From: an uncultured Lachnospiraceae bacterium
GTDB taxonomy: Bacteria; Bacillota; Clostridia; Lachnospirales; Lachnospiraceae
Direction: 5' to 3'
Assembly: GCA_902783295.1 (NCBI GenBank)
Contig: CACZQT010000234.1
Span: 1-32,006 of the forward strand
Length of the DNA stretch: 32,006 nucleotides
This document shows positions 17,208 through 24,691 of the stretch, in pieces; positions within the stretch are counted from its first letter, which is position 1, and every line of letters begins with the position of its first letter. The translations under genes were made by a program, and so were the position numbers. The notes under the pieces were generated by a model. It saw only the letters and a program-made list of their open reading frames with translations, was not told the DNA's origin and searched no databases.

Positions 17208-19106
17208 TTATCTCAGATGCATGGGAGTGATTTTCAGGTATTCCTCCAGAGGAGCATCTTTGAGACACAGATCGATGATCTGCTTCCCGATCGGATCCAG
17301 TTCTGGTGTATCAAACTGGACGATCTGCTCTTTGAAGAAATCCGTCAGGATCTTTGCGCCTGCATCGTATCCTTCAAAGCCCAGCTTGGACTGAAGTTCC
17401 GGGCGGAGGAAGGTGCGGCGGATATACTGTCCGTCGATCTTCATTTCATCCAGGGAGTAACCGAAAATCGGGCAGCGGGCCGGTACCAGATGCTTCATGC
17501 GTACGTTTCCGACACGGCGGGCCAGATATTCACGGGTCAGCCATTCACCGGAAAAACCTACATGATAGGCACCGATATACTGGTTGGGAATCAGAACATT
17601 CAGAGTTCTTGTTGTGTCCAGCAGCTGATGCAGCAGCAGGTTTGCCTGCGTTACCTTCAAACCTGTAGCAAAAGGCCAGTAAGAACCTACACCTTCCGCT
17701 TTCAGCCCGGAACCGGCGTTGGCATCTGCAATGGAAGGATTCTTAAAGCCTCTCGGGCAGACCAGACGCCACAGCCAGGCGATGGATGCAGGGACAATCT
17801 GCATCATGCCCATGACTCCGTAGTTCGGAGACATAACCGTGGACGGAGGCATACGGACGCCGAAGGAACGAATATGTACTTCCTGCGGTTCGGAACCCGG
17901 CACAATGTTTTCCACCATTTCACGGGGAATGATCACACGGGGATTCGAGCAGGGCTTTCCGGTCGATTCAATGGTATGTTCCCAGATCAGGCAGGTAGCG
18001 CCGGGAACACCGTCCATGTTGAAGAATTCCAGGGGCTCTGTGGGGTGAATGCTGACTCTTTCGTACATGGGGGAGTTTCCATAGTACTGATCACCGTCCA
18101 TGCGCAGGAACCAGCCGTCTTCACCATCGGCGATCACCAGATAACCGGAGTCATTCTGCATATCCTTATGTGCAATGACCATATCGTCCGCGATCGGATG
18201 AATCGAACAGGTTTCGTTCAGTGTCAGGTAATATTTTTCACCGCTGACCGTATGAGTAGCCAGCAGCATCTTTCCGTCTTCTTCTTTGTGAATCTCTTCC
18301 AGCATCTCGCTCTTTCCGCCGCCGGAAGCGCCTTCATGCATAAAGACGACTTCATTTTCATAAGGTGTTTCCATAATGGTAGCGGAAGCGTGGTTTGTAA
18401 TCCAGCCTTCACGTTCTCCGATATCAATCAGAATCGCAAAAACACCTTTCTTTGCGGAAGGACCCGGATAGAGGTTGTAAGCAAAGACTTCATGCAGGTT
18501 TTCGCTGCGCTGATGTACTACAACCTGTTTGCCGTTAAAATGTGTCATCCTGAAAGGAGGCGCTACATAGATAATGGCGCGAGGCGTAAAGCCTTCCTTG
18601 ATGTCATGAATGCTGACAAAGCCCTGCATATTCGCAAGTGCCAGAGCGAAAAAGGCTGCATTGGCAGGGCAGACCATCAGAGCGTCATATCCGAAATATT
18701 TACCGCCGGCATGGAACGGCAGCAGGATCAGTCCCTGAGTCTTCAGCCAGTCCATAGTCTCCGCACGCAGCTTGGAGAATTCATACCCGTAGACATCCTT
18801 AAAACGAGGCTTGTCTGTAGGCAGATCATCACCGATGCGCATACAGTCAGGATCGCGGCGGCGCATATAGTCTTCCATAAAGTTCACAACAGGGCCGTTT
18901 TTGCAGCGGACAACTTCCGCTTCTTTGAAAACACCCTTGCCCGGGATGTTATAGTTGACATCATAACGGGAACTATGGGTCGGCCCGTAGCAAAGCTCCA
19001 GAAGCTGGTCTTTGGTTTCCGGATAGCAACGCCACTGACATTCAGCTACGGCATCATGCAGATCATCCGGCAGGACAAAACGGTTAAAAAAGGATTCAAT
19101 AAACAT
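17208..19106 (-). CDS. Large uncharacterised protein (DUF4914-like) with an HprK/PEPCK-like P-loop
   Basis: 632 aa from ATG 19106 (AAGGGAG 5 nt upstream; the track start 19205 would overlap the predicted promoter). The P-loop HEGASGGGKSE (nt 18306-18338) is followed by IADDMVIAH. The DUF4914 family name is recalled from memory and not verified. Confidence 0.7.
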   Translation of the reverse strand: MFIESFFNRFVLPDDLHDAVAECQWRCYPETKDQLLELCYGPTHSSRYDVNYNIPGKGVFKEAEVVRCKNGPVVNFMEDYMRRRDPDCMRIGDDLPTDKPRFKDVYGYEFSKLRAETMDWLKTQGLILLPFHAGGKYFGYDALMVCPANAAFFALALANMQGFVSIHDIKEGFTPRAIIYVAPPFRMTHFNGKQVVVHQRSENLHEVFAYNLYPGPSAKKGVFAILIDIGEREGWITNHASATIMETPYENEVVFMHEGASGGGKSEMLEEIHKEEDGKMLLATHTVSGEKYYLTLNETCSIHPIADDMVIAHKDMQNDSGYLVIADGEDGWFLRMDGDQYYGNSPMYERVSIHPTEPLEFFNMDGVPGATCLIWEHTIESTGKPCSNPRVIIPREMVENIVPGSEPQEVHIRSFGVRMPPSTVMSPNYGVMGMMQIVPASIAWLWRLVCPRGFKNPSIADANAGSGLKAEGVGSYWPFATGLKVTQANLLLHQLLDTTRTLNVLIPNQYIGAYHVGFSGEWLTREYLARRVGNVRMKHLVPARCPIFGYSLDEMKIDGQYIRRTFLRPELQSKLGFEGYDAGAKILTDFFKEQIVQFDTPELDPIGKQIIDLCLKDAPLEEYLKITPMHLR

Positions 19107-19167
19107 ACTTACTCCCTTTCTGCGACAGCTAAAATCAAAAATTATTATCATGAGATAATATAATAAA

Positions 19168-19196
19168 TTTATATCACGAAATATCCAACAGTACAA
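19168..19196 (-). promoter_or_regulatory. SigA-type promoter for the DUF4914-like gene
   Basis: The minus strand reads TTGTAC-17 nt-TATAAA, about 60 nt upstream of ATG 19106. Confidence 0.45.
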
Positions 19197-19309
19197 CTTT
19201 AACATTCATCGAAAAACACAAGAATTATGACAGACTTGCGTCTGCCCATAAAACCTGTAAAAATCAGTTGGCAAAGAACACCGGATGCGGTACGATTTCA
19301 TAAGTATTC

Positions 19310-19318
19310 TGGTATAAT
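19310..19318 (+). promoter_or_regulatory. Extended -10 promoter element for the nahK-like gene
   Basis: TGGTATAAT (TGn + consensus TATAAT), 82 nt upstream of ATG 19400. There is no good -35. Confidence 0.4.
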
Positions 19319-19399
19319 ACAGAGGAAGATGTATCACCCTCGTTCACTACGCAGCAAGAACGCCGGATGCGTTCCTGAAAAGCCATGGAAGGAATATTC

Positions 19400-20476
19400 A
19401 TGAAAACCACAGCGGATAAAGAAACTCTTTATGAAATAGCGTCTGCCTTTGATACCGGCAGCGAAGCAGTATATCTGGAACCTTTTGGCAGCGGGCATAT
19501 TAACCGTACTTTCCGGATTACCTGCCGGGACGGCCGCCGCTTTATCCTTCAGATGATCAGTAAAACACTGACGGATTATCCGGATAAACTGATGGATAAT
19601 ATCGTCTATGTTACGAATCATCTCCGCTCCAAAGAACAGGATCCAAGAAAGGTACTGACCCCGGTATTTACCCGGACCAGCCTTTCTTTGCTGTCCCTGC
19701 CTTCCGGAAGCTGGAGAATGTACCGGTATGTGGAGGATTCCTTTTGCCCTGAAGGAATTGGTACAGAGGAGGAATTTTATCTGGCAGCATCTGCGTTCGG
19801 GAAGTTTGAGGAACAGCTCTCGGACTTTGATCCTTCCCTTCTGTTTGAATCTCTTCCGGATTTTCACAATACGCCTTTCCGGTTCCGGCAGTTTCATGAG
19901 GCACTGAATAAAAACGCAGCCGGACGTAAAGAGGGTGTGTCACGTGAGATCGAGTTTCTGCTGGCCCATGAAGAAGAAGCCGGCATGCTGCAGCGGATGA
20001 GGGAGTCCGGTGAGCTCCCGGTGCGAGTAACGCACAACGATACGAAACTCAACAATATCCTTTTCGACCGGAAAACAGGGAAACCATTGTGTGTGATCGA
20101 TCTGGACACGGTCATGCCCGGACTCAGTCTGTATGATTTCGGGGATGCCATCCGGTTTGGGGCTTCCACTGCCTCCGAAGATGAAAAAGATCTGGAGAAA
20201 GTAACCCTCAATCTGCACCGTTACCGGATTTTCCGGAAAGGCTTTCAGGAAGCCTGTCCCGGTCTGACTCCGCTTGAAAGAGAACTTTTGCCCCTGGGAG
20301 CGAAAGTTATCACGACAGAACAGGCAGCACGTTTTCTGACGGATTACCTCAACGGCGACAGGTATTATCAGATCTCCTATGAAGAACAGAACCTGAACCG
20401 TACCAGAACACAGATCCGTCTTGTTCAGGAGATGGAACGGAACTGGGCAGCCATGAACCTGAACGCAGAACTCTAA
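19400..20476 (+). CDS. nahK: N-acetylhexosamine 1-kinase (NahK/LnpB-like, APH-fold sugar kinase)
   Basis: 358 aa from ATG 19400 (GGAAGGA 6 nt upstream). It aligns from memory with Bifidobacterium longum NahK (359 aa). Shared segments are EPFGSGHINRTF, VTHNDTKLNNILFD, IDLDTVMPGLSLYDFGDAIRFGASTASEDE and NRTRTQIRLVQEME. Confidence 0.82.
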   Translation: MKTTADKETLYEIASAFDTGSEAVYLEPFGSGHINRTFRITCRDGRRFILQMISKTLTDYPDKLMDNIVYVTNHLRSKEQDPRKVLTPVFTRTSLSLLSLPSGSWRMYRYVEDSFCPEGIGTEEEFYLAASAFGKFEEQLSDFDPSLLFESLPDFHNTPFRFRQFHEALNKNAAGRKEGVSREIEFLLAHEEEAGMLQRMRESGELPVRVTHNDTKLNNILFDRKTGKPLCVIDLDTVMPGLSLYDFGDAIRFGASTASEDEKDLEKVTLNLHRYRIFRKGFQEACPGLTPLERELLPLGAKVITTEQAARFLTDYLNGDRYYQISYEEQNLNRTRTQIRLVQEMERNWAAMNLNAEL

Positions 20477-20523
20477 GGCGGTGAATCTGCAGCAAAAAAG
20501 AAATCTCCTTTTCCCAAAACAGA

Positions 20524-20552
20524 TTGACTTTTTACAATCGGTATTGTAATAT
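20524..20552 (+). promoter_or_regulatory. SigA-type promoter for the ABC transporter genes
   Basis: TTGACT-17 nt-TAATAT. A perfect 6-1-6 palindrome GTAATA-T-TATTAC (20546-20558) overlaps the -10. Confidence 0.5.
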
Positions 20553-20601
20553 TATTACGTTGGTTGTCACAAATGCTTTCTCGGAAAGGAGAGAAAAACT
20601 T

Positions 20602-21867
20602 ATGAAAAAGATCGCAGCATTTGTACTGTCTCTGTCGCTGGCCCTCGGGCTGGCTGCCGCGCCTGCACCCGCAGCGGAAGCCGGTGATATCACTCTGGAT
20701 GTCATCATCTGCCAGTATGGACCGAACACAAACGACTGGTTCCTGGGTACCGGAATGAACGGTACGAACTTTGTGGATAAGTTCGAAGCCGAAAACCCCG
20801 GCATCAAGCTGAATCTGGACGTGGTTTCCTGGAATGACGTTTACACAGAAGTAGATACCCGTATCGCAAATCATAATGCGCCGGATATTCTGAACATCGA
20901 TGTTTTCGCCAACTATGCAAATGAAGGACTGCTTCTTCCGGTTTCCGACTATTGCCCGGAAGAGCTGTTTGCGGATTACTTCCCTTCCTTCATTGATCAG
21001 TCCGTCATCGATGATACCGTCTGGGCGGTGCCGGATCTGGCTTCTGCCCGCGCTCTGTTCTATAATGTAGATATCTTCGAAGAAGTCGGCGTCGAAGTTC
21101 CCACCACCTGGGCGGAACTGAGGGACGTTTCCCAGGCGATCGTCGATTACTATGAAGGGGAAGTTTATCCCTGGGGCATCGATATGACCACTGACGAAGG
21201 TCAGGCTGCTTTCGCTTATTATACCTGGGGCAACGGCGGCGGTTTCGTAGATGAGAACGGCGAATGGGCTGTCAACTCCCCTGAAAACGCGGAAGCCATA
21301 CAGTTCGCTCTGGATCTGGTCGCCGACGGATATACGAACCCCAACCCTGCAACTCAGACCCGTTATGATCTGCAGGATATGTTCGCAGCCGGCAAGCTGG
21401 CTATGGTCATTGCGCCGAACCAGCTGCCCACCTATGTAGCGGACAAGGGCGGCGAAATCAACATGGCTACCGCCAATATTCCCGCCAATGAAGGCAAGGC
21501 TTCCTCTTCCGTCGGCGTTATGGACCGTGTCATGGCGTTCCGTGATGACGAAGCTCCCGATCAGGCTGCCAGAAACGAAGCCATCGGCAAGTTCCTTACC
21601 TTCTTCTATAATCCCGAGAATTATGTAGGCTGGGTAAGCATGGAAGGCTTCCTGCCGGCGGTTAACTCCGCAGTAGAAGCTCTTGTAGAAGCAGATCCTT
21701 CCTTTGAAGCATGGCTGGATGTTCTGGGCGGCTGCCAGTTCTATCCTACCGCCAAGGCGGAATGGGATCAGGTAAAACAGGGCGTTATCAAAGCAGAACA
21801 GAGTGCTCTGGCCGGCGGCGATATCCAGGCTGAACTGGATGCCCTGCAGGCAGAAATCACGAAATGA
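20602..21867 (+). CDS. ABC transporter extracellular solute-binding protein (family 1, CUT1 sugar type)
   Basis: 421 aa from ATG 20602 (AAAGGAGAG upstream). The signal peptide is MKKIAAFVLSLSLALGLAAAPAPAAEA, with no lipobox Cys. Length and composition are typical of sugar-binding SBPs. Confidence 0.85.
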   Translation: MKKIAAFVLSLSLALGLAAAPAPAAEAGDITLDVIICQYGPNTNDWFLGTGMNGTNFVDKFEAENPGIKLNLDVVSWNDVYTEVDTRIANHNAPDILNIDVFANYANEGLLLPVSDYCPEELFADYFPSFIDQSVIDDTVWAVPDLASARALFYNVDIFEEVGVEVPTTWAELRDVSQAIVDYYEGEVYPWGIDMTTDEGQAAFAYYTWGNGGGFVDENGEWAVNSPENAEAIQFALDLVADGYTNPNPATQTRYDLQDMFAAGKLAMVIAPNQLPTYVADKGGEINMATANIPANEGKASSSVGVMDRVMAFRDDEAPDQAARNEAIGKFLTFFYNPENYVGWVSMEGFLPAVNSAVEALVEADPSFEAWLDVLGGCQFYPTAKAEWDQVKQGVIKAEQSALAGGDIQAELDALQAEITK

Positions 21868-21928
21868 TGAGTTTACTGTTCTTTTGAAACATCCATAAAA
21901 CCGGGTTAAGATAAACCGGATCTTACAC

Positions 21929-21962
21929 GGGTCTGGCGGCTGCGCCAGGCCCGTTTCCTTTT
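21929..21962 (+). terminator. Intra-operon hairpin / partial terminator between the SBP and permease genes
   Basis: GGGTCTGGCG-GCTG-CGCCAGGCCC (10 bp with one G-U pair) followed by GTTTCCTTTT. This is the usual position for attenuation that lets the SBP transcript exceed the permease transcript. Confidence 0.6.
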
Positions 21963-22047
21963 ATCAGCTTTCTGCCTGGGACAAACAGGCCGGTACATGG
22001 AGGCTGTCCCCCTGTGTCCGGCCGGAACAATGTTGGAGGAAACCGGC

Positions 22048-22938
22048 ATGAACCCTTTACCGAAACGCAAACCAAACTGGAGACCGTATCTCTGGCTGCT
22101 GCCAAGCATCCTGCTGATATCGGTTTTCGTGATCTTCCCGATCCTGATCGTATTCCGCCTGTCTTTCAGCGAAATATCCAAGGCTGGTGTGGTAGGGGGG
22201 TTCATCGGGTTTCAGAATTATATAGATGCCGTAAATCTGCCGGCTTTTCCCACAGTAATGATGAACACGTTCTGGTGGGTACTGTCGGTCGTCGGTCTCT
22301 CCACTCTGCTGGGTTTTATTATCGCTCTTGTCCTGAACCAGAAATTCCGCGGCAGAAAAATTGCAAGGTCTATTCTGATTTTTCCCTGGGCGACTTCTCT
22401 GGTTATTCAGGCTTCCGTCTGGAATTACATCATCAAATATGAGTACGGCAATCTGAACAGCGTGCTTCTGAACCTTGGAATCATCAAAGAAGCCATCAAC
22501 TGGCGTTCTTCCTATCAGATAGAATTTGTCTGGGAATGTGCAGTAGGTATCTTCGTAACCATCCCTTTCGTAGCCTTCTGCGTACTCTCCGGACTGCAGT
22601 CCATCGACGAATCCCTGTATGAATCCGCTACAGTAGACGGAGCCGGATTCTGGGATAAGCTGTTCAATATTACAGTGCCGCTCGTTCGCCCTGCGCTTTC
22701 CGTAAGTACTGTATTGAACATTATTTATGTATTTAACTCTTTCCCCATTGTCTATACCATGACAAAGGGGGCACCGGCGAACAAAACCGACACCATGATC
22801 ACCTATCTGTACATGCTGAGCTTCTACGACAGGAAGAAGGGACCTGCCAACGCGCTTTCCGTCATCGGCTTCCTGATCCTCTGCTTATGTGCCGGCATTT
22901 ATATGATTTCTGTCATGAGGAAGGAGGAAGCGTTATGA
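22048..22938 (+). CDS. Carbohydrate ABC transporter permease (MalF/UgpA-like)
   Basis: 296 aa from ATG 22048 (GGAGGA 7 nt upstream). It has six TM segments and an EAA-like loop (IDESLYESATVDGAGFWDKLFNITVPLVRP). Confidence 0.88.
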   Translation: MNPLPKRKPNWRPYLWLLPSILLISVFVIFPILIVFRLSFSEISKAGVVGGFIGFQNYIDAVNLPAFPTVMMNTFWWVLSVVGLSTLLGFIIALVLNQKFRGRKIARSILIFPWATSLVIQASVWNYIIKYEYGNLNSVLLNLGIIKEAINWRSSYQIEFVWECAVGIFVTIPFVAFCVLSGLQSIDESLYESATVDGAGFWDKLFNITVPLVRPALSVSTVLNIIYVFNSFPIVYTMTKGAPANKTDTMITYLYMLSFYDRKKGPANALSVIGFLILCLCAGIYMISVMRKEEAL

Positions 22939-24554
22939 GGAAGATATCATCTGTTCCTGCTGCTGCGCAGTCGGAAAAACTTCCTGAAATCAGAATTCCT
23001 CTTCTCCTTTTTTTCACCGGTCTTCTTATTTCCTGCATCCTTATGAGCCTTCCGCTCTATCGGTTCCAGGCTGCCGTATATACTAAGAAGTCTTCGAATA
23101 CATTTGTAGGGGATGAAAAGTATGTTGAAGTTCTGGCGGAGGTAGAGGAAGAAGCGCAGCGCTTCCGGGATCAGGGAATGGACGTGAAGATACAGGAAAC
23201 CGTGACAGAACGTGTCAATTCCAAAGGAGAAACCACATCCCTGATTACTTTCACCATTAACCAGGAATATGAGAAAAATGTCTGGTCGTTTCTGACATCT
23301 AAGCTGGCTTCTTCCTTGATTGCAAAGATCATGGCAGCCTGCATGCTTCTGTCAGTGCTCTGTCTGGCTGCCGGGTGTGCCGGTTCTTTACAGATCCCTC
23401 TCAGAAAACTGTCTGCAGGAAAAAAGACGCTTCGTTCCTTGTCTGCGCTGTTCCTGCTGGCGGATCTGATTCTCGTTCCGGTTTTCATTCTTTGCAATAA
23501 TGTCATATTCTGGAGAAGACTCCGTCTGTTCCAGGACGGGCAGCTGGAAAATGGACGGGAAGCTTTTTTTGCAGCCCTGGATGATTTTCTCTTTGACGGG
23601 AAAATGGGCAGCCAGATTGAGTCGGCGCTGAAAAGCCTGTCAGCGCATCATTCAGCGCTTTTATGGGTTCTTGCACTTTGTTTCTTTCTGGCTATGCTGG
23701 GAGCCGTCCAGCTCCGGTTCGGAACGGTAAAGAATACGCTGCTTCGCGGATTGCTCTATGCTTTTATAGCGGTAGTCTGTGTAATCACCCTGTATCCGTA
23801 TTATGTAATGCTTGTTACCGCATTCCGTTCCAACGCTGAAACACTGGACATGTATTTCCTTCATCTGCTGCCTACCAGATGGCTCTGGAGCAATCTGAAG
23901 GATATTGTAAGCCGCGGTGTTCCGCGGTATCTCATGAACTCCTTCCTGATCGCAGGCGGGGCGACATTGCTTGCCATGCTCTGCGGAATTCCGGCAGCCT
24001 TCGCTATGGCGCGTATGAATTTCAGAGGAAAGAAGTTTTTCCTGGGCTTTGTCATTGTCAGTCAGATGTTTTCCCCGGTTGTCCTGCTGATCGGTATTGC
24101 GCAGCTGATGAATACCCTTCACCTCAATGATACGCTTTGGGGACTGGTATTTATTAATGCAGCGTTTAACCAGGCTTTCGCGGTATGGCTGCTTCGGGGA
24201 ACCTTCGTGGCCATTTCGCCGGAAATGGAACAGGCAGCCAAGATTGACGGCTGCAGTACCATGCAGTCCCTGATCAGGATCCTGCTTCCGATGGCCGCCC
24301 CCGGCATTGTAACGACGCTGATTTTCGTTTTCATCAATGCCTGGAATGAATATACGATTTCTACGGTGCTTATTTCCACGGCCCAGAACAGACCGATCAC
24401 CGTAGGAATCACACAGTTCTCGTCTTTCAATATGATTGAATGGCAGTATCTTTTCGCAGCTTCGCTGCTTGCTACGATCCCCGTGGTTATTCTGTTTATG
24501 ATGATAGAAAAGCACCTGACTTCCGGACTTACCTCCGGTGGTGTAAAGGGATAA
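22935..24554 (+). CDS. Carbohydrate ABC transporter permease (MalG/UgpE-like core) with a ~267-aa N-terminal membrane extension
   Basis: 539 aa. ATG 22935 overlaps the upstream TGA (ATGA), with AGGAAGGAGGA upstream. The C-terminal ~275 aa form a standard MalG-like core (EAA loop EQAAKIDGCSTMQSLIRILLPMAAPG). The N-terminal part has about four extra hydrophobic helices plus a charged soluble loop. Confidence 0.85.
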   Translation: MRKISSVPAAAQSEKLPEIRIPLLLFFTGLLISCILMSLPLYRFQAAVYTKKSSNTFVGDEKYVEVLAEVEEEAQRFRDQGMDVKIQETVTERVNSKGETTSLITFTINQEYEKNVWSFLTSKLASSLIAKIMAACMLLSVLCLAAGCAGSLQIPLRKLSAGKKTLRSLSALFLLADLILVPVFILCNNVIFWRRLRLFQDGQLENGREAFFAALDDFLFDGKMGSQIESALKSLSAHHSALLWVLALCFFLAMLGAVQLRFGTVKNTLLRGLLYAFIAVVCVITLYPYYVMLVTAFRSNAETLDMYFLHLLPTRWLWSNLKDIVSRGVPRYLMNSFLIAGGATLLAMLCGIPAAFAMARMNFRGKKFFLGFVIVSQMFSPVVLLIGIAQLMNTLHLNDTLWGLVFINAAFNQAFAVWLLRGTFVAISPEMEQAAKIDGCSTMQSLIRILLPMAAPGIVTTLIFVFINAWNEYTISTVLISTAQNRPITVGITQFSSFNMIEWQYLFAASLLATIPVVILFMMIEKHLTSGLTSGGVKG

Positions 24555-24614
24555 AAGAAATACGCTCGTGCATTTTTCGTGCGGGCGTAACTACGAGGAT
24601 TATCCTGTGCGATG

Positions 24615-24656
24615 AAAAAAGGTCATCCGGCTGATACCGGATGACCTTTTTGGCTT
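24615..24656. terminator. Bidirectional rho-independent terminator between the ABC permease and hydA
   Basis: AAAAAAGGTCATCCGG-CTGATA-CCGGATGACCTTTTTGG. An A tract lies upstream and a T tract downstream, so it reads as a terminator on both strands. Confidence 0.85.
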
Positions 24657-24691
24657 TTTACAATGACTGAAAATTTCCTTATATCCTGAAA

